Source of the DNA: an uncultured Chloroflexia bacterium
GTDB lineage: Bacteria > Chloroflexota > Limnocylindria > Limnocylindrales > CSP1-4
Reading direction: 5' to 3'
Length of the DNA stretch: 64,000 bases
Assembly (NCBI GenBank): GCA_963816675.1
Contig: CAWFLS010000021.1
Coordinates: 88,652-152,651, forward strand
The notes below the pieces were generated by a model. It was not told the origin of the DNA. It searched no databases and saw only the letters and a list, made by a program, of their open reading frames with translations. The position numbers and the translations under genes are program-made. Below, piece by piece: positions 1 through 13,422 of the stretch (its first letter is position 1; every line of letters starts with the position of its first letter).

Positions 1-697
1 CGCGCGGCCGGAGCGACACGTTGGCCTCGACCCGCATCTGGCCACGCTCCATGTCCGCGTCGGAGACGCCGATCGAGCGAAGCAGCAGCTGGAGCTCCTC
101 GGCGTAGCGGCGGGCCTGCTCGGCGGTCCGGATGTCGGGCTCGGTGACGATCTCCATGAGCGGCGCGCCCGAGCGGTTGAAGTCGACGAGGCTGACCTTG
201 CGTCCCTCGGTCGTCGGTGCCGTGGACGAGCTTGGCGGTGTCCTCCTCGAGGTGGGCCCGGGTGATGGCGACCGTGAACGGGCCGTCCGAGGTATCGAAG
301 GTCAGCCGGCCGAGCGACGCGAGCGGCAGGTCGTACTGGCTGATCTGGTAGCCCTTGGGCAGGTCCGGGTAGAAGTAGTTCTTGCGGTCCCAGCGGGTCG
401 CCGCGGGTGCGGTCGCCTCGATCGCGGCGCCGGTCAGCAGCACGTGCTCGACGGCTCGCTTGTTGATCGTCGGCAGCGCGCCGGGGAGACCGAGGCAGAC
501 CGGACAGACGTGGGTGTTCGGCGGGGCGCCGTCGTACGTCGTCGAGCAGCCGCAGAACATCTTCGATGCGGTCCGCAGCTGGCAGTGCACCTCGATGCCG
601 ATGACGGCCTCGTAGCGCTCGAGCGCCGGACCGAGCGAGCGCGGCGCGCTGCGGTCATACGAGCGCTCGGGGTCGATCGGCGGCGTTGGTCATCCGC
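1..697 (-). CDS. gatB: Asp/Glu-tRNA(Asn/Gln) amidotransferase subunit B, N-terminal part (gene runs off the window start)
   Basis: My reverse-strand translation reads GIEVHCQLRTASKMFCGCST..., ...TAKLVHGTDD / EGRKVSLVDFNRSGAPLMEIVTEPDIRTAEQARRYAEELQLLLRSIGVSDADMERGQMRVEANVSLRPR. This is the conserved GatB N-terminus. It is absent from the ORF track because the only ATG (about 697, MTNAAD) is one base out of frame with the conserved part. At least 2 frame changes. Confidence 0.85.
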
Positions 698-892
698 GGT
701 AGTTTCGCATCACGGCCCGGGTCGTCGCGCAGCGGCGCGGACGATGTCTCGGCGGCAGTCGCAGTCTGCGACGGTATCGGTTGCTCGCGATACGCGGGTC
801 CGGCCGGCCGACCGCGTCCGATGCGACCCGCCAGGGCGCGGGATGGCCGAACCGCTACCGCCTCAGACCGCGCGTCGCCGCCTCGGCGCCGA

Positions 893-2031
893 CTACGCTC
901 GACGAAACGGCCGATGCGCACCAGCGCCTCCTCGAGCCGCTCGTACGACGTCGCGTAGCACATCCGGACGTGACCGGCGCCGGACGGCCCGAACGCGCTG
1001 CCCGGTACGACCGCCACCCGCTCCTCGACGAGGCAGCCGCTCGGTGAATTCGTCGTCGGTCAGCCCGGTCGACGATGATCCGCGGGAACGCGTAGAACGC
1101 ACCGCGAGGCTCGAACGTCTCGAGGCCGAGTCGCGTTCAGCCCGTCCACCAGCAGCCGCCGGCGGCGGTCGTACTCGGTCCGCATCCGCTCGACGTCGGC
1201 CTCGCCCTCGAGGATCGCCGCGAGAGCCGCATCCTGGGCGGTGGTCGGCGCCGACATGATCCCGTACTGGTGGACCTTGACGAACCCCTCGAGGATCGCC
1301 GGCCGGCGCTGCCACATAACCCGACGCGCCAGCCGGTCATCGCGTATGCCTTCGAGAACCCGCCCATGAGGATGGTCCGTTCGCGCATCCCGTCGTAGCG
1401 CGCTCATCGCCCGATGGCGGTACGTCCCGTACGCGAGCCGGTCGTAGATCTCGTCGCTGTAGACGAGCAGGTCGTGCCGCACGGCGATGTCGGCCAACGC
1501 GTCCTGGACGGCGTCGGGCAGGACGGCGCCGGTCGGATTGCACGGATAGCCGAGGAAGAGCGCCTTGGTCTTCGGCGTGATCGCGGCCTCGACGGCCTCG
1601 GGGTCGAGCGCGAAATCGTCCTCGAAGCGAGTGGCCACGTGGCGGACGACGCCACCGGCGAACACGATCGCGGGCACGTACGCGACGTACGACGGCTCGT
1701 GGAGGATGACCTCGTCGCCCGGATCGCAGGTCGCCCGAAGGGCGAGATCGACCGCCTCGGACGCGCCGACGGTGATCAGCAGCTCGGTCGCCGGGTCGTA
1801 TCGGACGCCGTAGCGGCGCTCGAGATGGTCCGACAGCGCCCGCCGGAGCTCGACGGTCCCGAAGTTCGAGGTGTAGTGCGTCCGACCTTCGCGAAGGCTC
1901 TCGACGCCCGCCTCGACGATGACCCTCGGCGTGTCGAAGTCGGGCTCCCCTACCCCGAGGCTGATGACGTCGTCCATGGTCGCGAGGATGTCGAAGAACC
2001 GACGGATCCCCGACGGCGGGACGACGCGCAC
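893..2031 (-). CDS. Class I/II pyridoxal-phosphate aminotransferase (aspartate aminotransferase-like), frame-disrupted as sequenced
   Basis: ORF 1060..2031 has GIRRFFDILATMDDVISLGVGEPDFDTP and FLGYPCNPTGAVL. It continues in 1137..1388 (ILMGGFSKAYAMTGWRVG, the PLP-lysine motif) and 655..1017 (VVPGSAFGPSGAGHVRMCYATSYERLEEALVRIGRF). At least 3 frame changes. The 3' end (TAG near 893) is uncertain. Confidence 0.85.
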
Positions 2032-2157
2032 GCGCTCGGCGAGCGCACGCTCAGCGAGCGGCGGCGCGGGAACTCGTGTCGGCCGGGATCGTCGTCATCG
2101 CCGGCAAGCCTACGGCATCGAGTCCCCGCGGACCACCCCGCTCGTGGTGCGATCCGG

Positions 2158-3012
2158 TCAGCCAGCCGGGACCGCGACCACCTCGAGCGGAAGCCGCCTC
2201 AGCGGCGATGTGCCCGTTGTCGCGATCGGCCGCTTCGGCTCGGTGGTCGTCGGCTCGGGCGTCGACGGCGCCGCCGGGAGCGGCGGCACCACGATCGTCC
2301 GCTCGGCGCGCGCCTTGATCCCCAGCATCTGACGCCGGAGCATGAGGAACACGCCGAAGCCCATGACCGGGCCGATGACGCGGAAGCTCGGCCCGGCGTC
2401 CCCGAACCGGACCCGGAAGCGTTCGATGAACCGCGTCCGCCCGCCATCGAGCGGCTCGAGCACGAACGCCCAGCTCGCGGCGAAGTCCTTCGGCGTCGTC
2501 GAGAGGAAGCGTGCTCGACGCCGCGAGGCCGGTCGGCATCGTGTCTCGGCGGCCTCCGACGTCCTCCGACCTTCATCGCCGCCATCTGGCTTTCGAGCAG
2601 TTCGGTGTCGAACGACAGCACCAGCGCCTGACCAGGTTCGACGACGCGGACCGCGAACCCGCCACCCGGGCTGTGCGGCATGACGTCGCCAACGGCGATC
2701 GACTGCCAATCGGGCACGATCCGCTCGACGCTCTTGCCCGCGGTTGTCCAGGGTGTCGTAGCTGTACCAGCCGGCCCGGCCGTAACCCCATCTGGACGAG
2801 CCATGGCCATACCGCATCGGGCGGCGCATCGATCGTGATCGTCCTCGTCTCGACCGCGCGTCGGCACCGGGACGAGGTCGTCCCCGGCGAGCGCCTCGTC
2901 GAGACGCTCGGGGTCGATGCCCCACGTCCGCCACCAGCGGACGACCGCGCGAGATCCCGGCGCCCATCGTCGTCCCGATGATCACTCCGACGGCCATGTT
3001 GCGAACACGCAT
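2158..3012 (-). CDS. SRPBCC-family (polyketide cyclase/dehydrase-like) protein with N-terminal hydrophobic segment, frame-disrupted
   Basis: Fragments lie in three frames. 2573..3019 has TITIDAPPDAVWPWLVQMG. 2158..3012 has YGRAGWYSYDTLDNRG, FAASWAFVLEPLDGGRTRFIERFRVRF and GFGVFLMLRRQMLGIKARAE. 2199..2867 has VERIVPDWQSIAVGDVMPHSPGGGFAVRVVEPGQALVL. The family call rests on my memory of the WPWLxQMG...AGWYSYD pattern. Confidence 0.6.
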   Translation of the reverse strand: MRVRNMAVGVIIGTTMGAGISRGRPLVADVGHRPRASRRGARRGRPRPGADARSRRGRSRSMRRPMRYGHGSSRWGYGRAGWYSYDTLDNRGQERRADRARLAVDRRWRRHAAQPGWRVRGPRRRTWSGAGAVVRHRTARKPDGGDEGRRTSEAAETRCRPASRRRARFLSTTPKDFAASWAFVLEPLDGGRTRFIERFRVRFGDAGPSFRVIGPVMGFGVFLMLRRQMLGIKARAERTIVVPPLPAAPSTPEPTTTEPKRPIATTGTSPLRRLPLEVVAVPAG

Positions 3013-3121
3013 GTGTCACCTCCGACTCTCATGGTCGGCCGTCGCAGGCCGTACGGCGAGAGTCGCGAGGCCCGTAGACGAGGTGCCGGCATGGACGCGG
3101 CGCGACGGGCCGACCGCGGCG

Positions 3122-4717
3122 TCAGTCGGCGACGGCGCCCGCCAGGGCCGCGCATCCGTTCGGCGGGCGTCGGTGCCGCAGGATCGGCGGCGTCGGCGAG
3201 CGCGGTCGGTTCGATCCGTCGCCAATCGGCGTCGGCGGTGATCGCCTCGTAGCCACGCGCGAGACCGAAGAGCGACGCTTCGGACCATGCCGCGCCGATG
3301 AACTGGAGGCCGACCGGCAGACCTTCCGACAGCCCGCACGGGATCGACACGCCCGGCAGCCCGGCCATGTTGGCCGGCAGCGTGCACGCGTCGGAGAGAT
3401 ACATCGCGACCGGGTCGGCGAGCCGCTCGCCAAAGCGGAATGCGACCGTCGGCGAGGTCGGTGCCACCAGGGCGTCGAAGCCCTGCGCTCCACAGCGCGT
3501 CGAAGTCGGCCTTGATCAGCGTCCGGACCTTCTGCGCCTTGAGGTAGTACGCGTCGTAGTAACCGGCCGACAGCGCGTACGTACCGAGCATGATCGCGGC
3601 GCTTGACCTCGGCACCGAAGCCGCGGCCGCGGGTCGCGAGATAGTTCGCCAGGACGTCGCCGTCGCCGAGACGAGGCCCGTAGCGGATGCCGTCGTATCG
3701 GGCGAGGTTCGCCGACGCCTCGGCCGGCGCGACGATGTAGTACGTCGCGAGGCCGTACGCCGGTGTGAGGCAGGCTGACCTCCTCGACGATCGCGCCGGC
3801 CGCCTCGAGAGCCGCGACCGCCTCGCGGACCCGTGCCTCGACGCCCGGTTCCATGCCGGCCACGAAGTACTCGCGGGGCAGGCCAAGGCGCTTGCCTCGA
3901 AGCGAGGCGCGGCCTCGTCGTCGTCGGTCGGGAGCGCCGTGAGCGTGGCCGGCACCGGCTGCGGCGAGGAGGTCGAATCGCGTTCGTCACGCCCGGCGAC
4001 CGCGTGCAGCAGCGCCGCCGCGTCGCGTGCATCGCGCGCGAACGGCCCGATCTGGTCGAGCGAGCTCGCGAACGCCACGATCCCGTACCGGCTGACGCGG
4101 CCATACGTCGGCTTCATCCCGACGATCCCGCACAGAGCGGCCGGCTGGCGGATCGAGCCGCCGGTGTCAGTGCCGAGCGCCAGCGGTGCGTGGAATGCGG
4201 CGACCGCCGCCGCCGAGCCGCCGCTGCTGCCACCCGGCACGCGGTCGAGCGTCCCACGGATTCGCCGTCGGCCCGTACGCCGAGTGCTCGGTGGACGAGC
4301 CCATCGCGAACTCGTCCATGTTGGTCTTGCCGAGGATGACGGCGCCGGCCTCGCGGAGCCGCTCGGTGATGTGCGCGTCGTACGGCGCCACGGTACCCCT
4401 CGAGGATCCGCGAGCCCGCGGTGCACTGGCCGCCGGCCACGGAGACGAGGTCCTTGAGGGCAACGGGCACGCCGAGCAGGGGTCGCATGAGGTCGAGCGC
4501 GTGCGTCGCGTCGCTCCGGGCCTGCCGCGAGCCGGGCGTCCGCTGCGTCGGCCTCGACGAGCGCACGTTCGCGGTCGATCGTCAGCCAGGCGTTGAGACC
4601 ATGGTTGTCGCGCTCGGCCGCGTCGAGGTGCGCGGTCGTGAGCTCGCGCGACGAGGCCTCGCCGGACCGCAGGAGCGCGGCCATCTCGTGGGCAAGCAGC
4701 CGCGTGACGTCGCTCAT
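3122..4717 (-). CDS. gatA: Glutamyl-tRNA(Gln) amidotransferase subunit A, heavily frame-disrupted
   Basis: The N-terminus is in ORF 3122..4717 ([47 protein letters not shown]). Next come [29 protein letters not shown] (4114..4566) and [46 protein letters not shown] (frame of 4167..6575). The amidase signature [53 protein letters not shown] returns to 3122..4717. Later pieces are [27 protein letters not shown] (3016..4104) and [44 protein letters not shown] (2982..3467). At least 7 frame changes. The 3' end is uncertain (3122-3200). Confidence 0.9.
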   Translation of the reverse strand: MSDVTRLLAHEMAALLRSGEASSRELTTAHLDAAERDNHGLNAWLTIDRERALVEADAADARLAAGPERRDARARPHATPARRARCPQGPRLRGRRPVHRGLADPRGVPWRRTTRTSPSGSARPAPSSSARPTWTSSRWARPPSTRRTGRRRIRGTLDRVPGGSSGGSAAAVAAFHAPLALGTDTGGSIRQPAALCGIVGMKPTYGRVSRYGIVAFASSLDQIGPFARDARDAAALLHAVAGRDERDSTSSPQPVPATLTALPTDDDEAAPRFEASALACPASTSWPAWNRASRHGSARRSRLSRRPARSSRRSACLTPAYGLATYYIVAPAEASANLARYDGIRYGPRLGDGDVLANYLATRGRGFGAEVKRRDHARYVRAVGRLLRRVLPQGAEGPDADQGRLRRAVERRASTPWWHRPRRRSHSALASGSPTRSRCISPTRARCRPTWPGCRACRSRAGCRKVCRSASSSSARHGPKRRSSVSRVATRRSPPTPIGDGSNRPRSPTPPILRHRRPPNGCAALAGAVAD

Positions 4718-4729
4718 CCCGGCCGCGCC

Positions 4730-5026
4730 TCAGCGCTCGTCGAGGATGGCCGGGACGACGATGTAGTCGCCCTGCCGGGCTGGTGCGTTGCCGAGGACCG
4801 CCTCGAGCGGCAACGACGGCCGGACGACGTCCTCGCGCAGGATGTTCTCGAGCTCGATCGTCTGAGCGGTCGGCGGGATGTCGTCGGTCGGCAGCTCGGC
4901 GAGGATCGCGTACTGGTCGAGGATGTGGTTGAGCTGGCCCTCGAGACGGGTCAGCTCGTCGTCGGTCAGACCGAGGCGAGCGAGGTGAGCGACGTGCTCG
5001 ACGTCGGCACGAGAGAGGGCGGGCAT
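4730..5026 (-). CDS. gatC: Glutamyl-tRNA(Gln) amidotransferase subunit C (intact)
   Basis: Intact 98-aa [58 protein letters not shown]... It ends 12 nt upstream of the gatA start. Confidence 0.9.
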   Translation of the reverse strand: MPALSRADVEHVAHLARLGLTDDELTRLEGQLNHILDQYAILAELPTDDIPPTAQTIELENILREDVVRPSLPLEAVLGNAPARQGDYIVVPAILDER

Positions 5027-5080
5027 GGCGCCGATGATAGCCGAGGACGGACGCCCGACTGCCGCCGAGTTGCCTGAGCG

Positions 5081-5353
5081 TCAGACCGAGACGCCGTCGA
5101 TCATCTCGCGAAAGGCGTCCGCGAGTCGTACTTCGGGCGCCCTCGCGAGCAGGCGCGAGGAGACTTCGGTAAGGGAGTCGGCCTCCTCGGTCATCACGAC
5201 CGGTTTCGCCGAGGTCTCGAGGGTGACGACGATCCTGACGCGATCGTCGGCGGGTCTGTCCATGTCGATGGCGATGACGCGCAAGCGTGGCCCGACGAGC
5301 GGCGCCAGCTCGGCCGCGAGGCTTTCCACGAAACGATCGTCGGCATCCGACAT
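5081..5353 (-). CDS. Hypothetical protein (about 90 aa)
   Basis: ORF 5081..5449. The most plausible start is the internal ATG at 5353 ([46 protein letters not shown]...), preceded by GGAGAG. No motif I recognise. Confidence 0.4.
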   Translation of the reverse strand: MSDADDRFVESLAAELAPLVGPRLRVIAIDMDRPADDRVRIVVTLETSAKPVVMTEEADSLTEVSSRLLARAPEVRLADAFREMIDGVSV

Positions 5354-5436
5354 CGCGACTCTCCGCGAGATGGGGACGAAAGCTTGAACGCGGCGACGAT
5401 AGCACCGCCCCGACGGGACTCGATAGGATGCCCGCC

Positions 5437-6285
5437 ATGGCCCAGGCACGGATCCGACCGATGACGCCCGAGGATGCCGAGCCCGCGGCCCAGGCGATGC
5501 TGCTCCACGAGTTCGGCGACCGGCGGCCGCAACTCCGAATTCTCGGCGTCGCTACGCGAGCTGCCGAGCGTTCGTCGCAGAGGCGGATGGCGTGATCGTG
5601 GGAACCGGCATCGCGACGATCAACGGACCGGTCGGATGGATCGGCACCGTGTGGGTGGACCCGGCGTTCCGACGGCGCGGACTCGGGCTTGGCCTGACGC
5701 AGTGCGCGATCGACGCGGCGGAGGCGGCCGGCTGCCGGACACTCGTGCTCGTCGCCACCGAGGCGGGGCGTCCGATGTACGAGCGAATCGGGTTCACCGT
5801 GCAGTCGTGGTACAGGATCGTCGAGGCGCCCGGTCTCGGGCCGGAAGCCGGATCGCCCGACCCCCGCATCCGGCCGTTTCGTTCCGATGACCTTCCGGCG
5901 ATGGCCGCCCTGGATCGAGCCGCGACGGGTGAGGACCGGGCTGCACCTGCTTGGCGCTTTCGCCGGGACGGCGTCCTCGCGGTGTCTCGTCGAGGCGTCC
6001 GGCGAAGCTCCGCGGTTTCGTCGGTCAGGCCGCCATGGGGCGGCGCCGCCACGATCGCGCCCGATATCGACGACGCGATGGCGATCCTCCACGCCCGCCG
6101 ACTCGAGCACGCTCCCGGCGGCCGGGTCCGGGCGGGGCTGCTCGCGGACAACGTGGCGGGTCTCGCCCGGTTGGCCGCCGACGGCTGGACCGACGCGTGG
6201 CACGCACCTCGGCTCGTCCGTGGCGAGCCATTCGACTGGGATCCGACGCGCGATCTGGGGCCAGTTCAACTTCGCGATCGGGTGA
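5437..6285 (+). CDS. GNAT-family N-acetyltransferase, frame-disrupted
   Basis: It starts [27 protein letters not shown] (ATG 5437, frame of 5287..5595). It continues in 5592..6449 ([54 protein letters not shown], the R-x-x-G-x-G acetyl-CoA motif; then [24 protein letters not shown]). It ends in the frame of 5887..6285 ([10 protein letters not shown]). Confidence 0.75.
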
Positions 6286-6530
6286 GGCGGGTCTCCGAGT
6301 CGTACCATCCGGTGGTCCGCGGGCGCCGAACGGGGGATTGGCCGGACGGGCGTCGAGGAGCGATGGTTGTGTCCCACCGCCCCACCCGACCCGGAGCCCC
6401 GCGATCTCATGTGCCCGATCATCGTGCGAGCGCGCCGCATCAGCTGTGAAGCTCCACGACATCGCAGGGATCCACGGGTCGCGTCGGGCGGCCGGGACGT
6501 CGATGCCGCTCTGTCCAGGCGGCCGCGGCC

Positions 6531-9135
<2,605 letters not shown>

Positions 9136-9649
9136 GGCGCGCGGTTGCCGTTGCGATGTCGAGCTGGGATGCCGCCTCGACGAGGGCAGGATCGACCGGC
9201 GGCAGCGCGATGGTCATCGACGGGAGGGTAGCGAACGAGACGGTGACGCGCACCGTTGCGGCGACCAAGCCCGTGATCTACGCCTCGCCGTTCCTGCGCC
9301 GACGATCCGGTCGAGTCATCCTCCCTTGCGATGCACGCTGGGTGTTCATCCGCAGCGTTGCGGATGCCGCAAGGACCGGGTACGGCCGGAAGTCGGGACC
9401 CTTACCAGACAAGAGGCACACCGGGTGAGCACCGGCCCTCGTTCGCGGCCGTCCGGCGGGGATTCGCGGCTCGATCCAAGCTCGCTTCGGTCGTTGGCCC
9501 GCCCGTTGCCCCGACGATGAACATGTGGCGAGCGTGTCAGCGATCGGACGGAAGTCGATGGACTCTCCGTGGCCGCGAAGCGTCTCGCGAGTGACCGTCC
9601 CTCGTGTCGCTGCGGCGCGAGGCGCCGGCCGCCTCCGCGTCGCCGGGAC

Positions 9650-12341
9650 CTAGCCGATGAGCTCGAGGTTCGCGAGGCTCACCAGCATCGTCTTGCGACC
9701 GACCGAAGCGTCCTTGAACGCAACCGTCACCTCCTCGTCGCTCCGGGTCAGCTTGCTCGTGACGACGATGCCGTCCCCCCAGCGGGCGTGGCGGATGCGG
9801 TCGCCGTCGCGGAACTGGCGCTCGCCGGGGATGATCGGGCGAGGCTTGACCGGCGCGGCACCGTTCGTCTGCGCAGGCCCGACGCCCGAACCGAGCTCGT
9901 CGTCCCACGCTCGAACCGGTCGTGCCAGCGAACCGGACCTCGCCCCGGCGCCAAAAGCCTCACGTTTCGCGGCCAGGTCGCGACTCGGCCGGAACTGCTC
10001 GCCCTCGGCCGGCGCACCCGGCCGCCCGCTCCCCTGCCGGTAGGCCGGCCCATTCCCGCGCATCGGCGTCCCGAACCGGCTCGTCCGCCGGGCCCCGAAT
10101 ACGAGATCGAGGTCGAGATCCTGCTCGTCGTTGCCACCGAGCTGCGGGCCCACCATCAGCTCGGCCGGGATCTCGAGCAGGAACCGCGACGGGACGGTCG
10201 CCTGGCCCATCCCCCACGTCGCCCGGCGCCAGGCATGCGACAGGTAGAGCCGCCGCTTCGCCCGGGTGATGCCAACGTACGCGAGCCGACGTTCCTCCTC
10301 GAGTTCCTTCTCGTCCTCGAGCGCCCGGCTGTGCGGGAAGAGGCCCTCCTCGAGACCGGCGATGAACACGACCGGGAATTCGAGGCCCTTCGCAGCGTGC
10401 AGGGTGATGAGCGTCACCGCATCGGCATCGCCCTCGTATGAGTCCTGGTCGGCGACGAGCGCGGTCTCCTCGAGCAGCCGGTCGAGCGCGTCGTCCGGGC
10501 TCAGGTCGTCGTAGCGCGTCGTCACCGCACGCAGCTCGAGCAGGTTCGCCCAGCGTTCGTTGCCGTCGTCGGAGCCGTCGGCGAGCATCGCGCGGTAGCC
10601 CGAGGCCTCGAGGACGTCGTCGAGGAGCTCGGGGAGTGGCAGGACCCCGACCCGCGTCCGCAGCCGCCGGACAAGCACCGCGAAATCGGCGAGTGCGTTC
10701 CGGGTCCGGGGAGCGAGCGCCGGGAGCTCGCCACGCGACAGCCGCCTCGATCGCGCCCCACGTCGTTCCGCCTTCGCGCGCGGCCGCGGCGCGAAGCGTT
10801 TCGATCGTCTTGTCGCCGATCCCCCGAGCCGGCACGTTGATGATCCGCTCGAAGCTGACGCTGTCCGTGTCCGACCGGAGCACCCGCAGGTACGCGAGCG
10901 CGTCCTTGACCTCGCGCCGGCTGTAGAACCGGGTGCCACCGACGAGCTGGTAGCGGATGCCCGTAGCGCAGGAACGACTCTTCGATCGCCCGGGATTGGG
11001 CGTTCATCCGGTACATCACCGCGATGTCGCGCGCCCGGAAGCGCGGTTCCTCCTCCGCGTCCGCGCGGCGCGTCAACGCCGTCGATCGCCCGCCGACCAG
11101 GCCCTCGACCTGGCGAGCGATCCACTCGGCCTCCTCCTCCTCGTTGTAGGCCTCGAACCGCTGGATCTTGATGCCGCCCGCATTCTCGGTCCAGAGCTTC
11201 TTGTCCTTGCGGGCGACGTTGCGCGACACGACCGAGTGGGCCGCGTCGAGGATCAGCTGCGTCGAGCGGTAGTTCTGCTCGAGCTTGACGACGGCCGTCG
11301 TCGGCCAGTCACGCTCGAAGTCGAGGATGTTGCGCAGGTCCGCGCCGCGCCACGAGTAGATCGACTGGTCGTCGTCGCCGACGACGCAGAGGTTGTGGTG
11401 GGTCGCCGCCAGCGCCCGGATCCAGAGGTATTGGGCGCGGTTGGTGTCCTGGTACTCGTCGATGTGGAGGTAGCGCCATCGATCCTGGTACTTGGCGAGG
11501 ACCTCGGGCGCCTCCTCGAAGAGACGGACGGCCTCGAGCAGCAGGTCATCGAAGTCGAGCGCGTTCGCCTTGCGCAGGCGGGCCTGATAGCGCGTCGCGA
11601 GGCGGGCGATCGTCCGCTCGCGATGGTTGACCGCGTTCTCGGATAGGAACGTCGGATCGAGCATCTCGTTCTTGGCCCGGCTGATGGCCCCGAGCACGAT
11701 GCTCGGCCGGAACTCACCGGTGAGCGGCATGTCCTCCTCGCGGAGGATCTGCTTCATGAGCGAGGTCTGGTCGTCGGTGTCGTAGATGACGAAGCGGCGC
11801 CCGATGCCGATGGCCTCGCCGTCCGCCCGCAGCACGCGGGCGCAGAGCGCGTGGAACGTGCCGGCGACGACGTCCCGGCCGCGCTCGCCGACGAGGCTGA
11901 TGATCCGCTCCCGGAGCTCGGCCGCGGCGCGGTTGGTGAAGGTGACCGCGAGGATCCGCCACGGCGCGACGTCCTTGACGCCGACCAGGTAGGCGATCCG
12001 GTGGGCGAGGACGCGTGTCTTTCCGGAGCCTGCACCGGCCAGGATCAGGAGCGGCCCCTCGGTCGTCGTGACCGCGCGGGCCTGTTCCGGGTTGAGGGCA
12101 CGGACGATCTGCGCCGCGCGCTCGCGCCGACGTTCCTCGAGTGCGGCTGCGTCGACGGGCGCCGCGGCGGCCGCAGGATCCTCGCTGTGCGATCGCCGGG
12201 GCGCGCAGCCAGTCGGGTTCTTCGGGTGTCGCGGAGGGCTCGTCGAGGTCCGCGAAGGCGGTTCCGACCGAGCTCGGCGGCGGCCGCCATGGCATCGTCG
12301 AGCGAGGGGTCGCCGGACCGGCGACGACGGGAGGGACTCAC
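9650..12341 (-). CDS. pcrA: ATP-dependent DNA helicase PcrA/UvrD (superfamily 1), frame-disrupted
   Basis: The frame of 10522..12708 holds [38 protein letters not shown] (Walker A), [15 protein letters not shown] and [15 protein letters not shown]. 9960..10883 has [16 protein letters not shown]. 9650..11125 has [29 protein letters not shown] and [18 protein letters not shown], plus a C-terminal tail ...[11 protein letters not shown].... The N-terminus is in 12045..12341. At least 5 frame changes. Confidence 0.9.
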
Positions 12342-12347
12342 CCGCCC

Positions 12348-12353
12348 ATTGTA
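12348..12353 (-). promoter_or_regulatory. Candidate -10 box (TACAAT) 6 nt upstream of the pcrA GTG start, a leaderless-type arrangement
   Basis: The reverse strand reads cgaccTACAATgggcggGTGagtccc. No Shine-Dalgarno sequence fits between the box and the start. No -35 was assessed. Confidence 0.35.
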
Positions 12354-12440
12354 GGTCGGGGGGCTTACCGGGCCGTTCCTTGGACGCGTCGCGTCGGCCG
12401 GTCGTCGGGCCGGCGATTCGCACGGCGGGTCGCGTCCGCG

Positions 12441-13238
12441 TCAGCCGGGCGCGATCTCGTTTGCCGGCGGCGCGGTGACGGTCACGGGCTCGTCCCACTT
12501 CGAGAACGTCACGTCGGCGTTCACGACGTTCCCGTCGGCCATCGTGATCTTCGCGTTGAGGCCGGCGAGGTGGTTGGGCGGATCCTTCTCCACGCGGATC
12601 GTCATCTGAAGGCTCGCGCCGGCCAGATTGATCGGGAGCCCATCGGCGGCCGTTCCGATCAACGGCGCCAACTCGGCGGCGTCGAGGTCGACGCTCACGG
12701 TGTAGCACTGTTTCGAGCCGCAGGTCACGTCCGCGCCCTTGACGGGATCGACGCCCGGCTTCAGCAGGAACTCGCTCAGCGACTTCAGCATGCCGTTCGT
12801 GTTCGCTGGATCCACCGGCAGCGGTGTGCCCCCGGCGATGTTCCGATACTGCGCGCCGGTGAGCGTCGTCTTCAGGTAGGCCTTGCCGTCGATCGCGATC
12901 AGCTCACCGGACAGATTGAGAAAACCGGGCACCGTAAAGGTGACATGCGCCGCAGAGTTCGCCTTGTCGAGATCGGCCGAGGCGGTCGTCCCGGTGAGGT
13001 CGACCGATCCGGTCGCACCGCCGATCGGCAGCGCGACGGCGGCCTCGCCATCGACCGCGACCTGGGCGTGAACCGACTTGGCGGCCACGCTCGAGGTCGT
13101 GGTCGCGTTGATGACCGCCGTTGCGTCCGGCAGGTCCGACGGCGACGGCGACGGCGATGGCGCTATCCCGTTACACGCAGTCACGACCATCGCGGCGGTC
13201 AACGCAAGGGCGAAGGTGGCAGGGGTCCGGCGCGTCAT
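12441..13238 (-). CDS. LppX/LprAFG-family lipoprotein (LprG-like), intact
   Basis: Intact 265-aa ORF with a signal peptide plus lipobox (ALTAAMVVTAC) and a Pro/Ser linker. The C-terminus VTFSKWDEPVTVTAPP closely resembles the ...LSKWGEKVQVTKPP end of mycobacterial LprG, recalled from memory. Confidence 0.75.
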   Translation of the reverse strand: MTRRTPATFALALTAAMVVTACNGIAPSPSPSPSDLPDATAVINATTTSSVAAKSVHAQVAVDGEAAVALPIGGATGSVDLTGTTASADLDKANSAAHVTFTVPGFLNLSGELIAIDGKAYLKTTLTGAQYRNIAGGTPLPVDPANTNGMLKSLSEFLLKPGVDPVKGADVTCGSKQCYTVSVDLDAAELAPLIGTAADGLPINLAGASLQMTIRVEKDPPNHLAGLNAKITMADGNVVNADVTFSKWDEPVTVTAPPANEIAPG

Positions 13239-13422
13239 GAGGCTCCTCGATGCGATCGGGCCGGTCGACCTCTCGGCGACGGACCTTCTGCAAAGAGTCC
13301 GCGCGATGGCCTCGACCTGTCAAACGTCCGCCGATTCGAGTGCCGGGCAAGCGGGCCCACCGGCGCGGACGCCGGACACGTCCCCTGCCGGCTCGGCGAC
13401 AATCGACTCGGGAGGACCGGCC

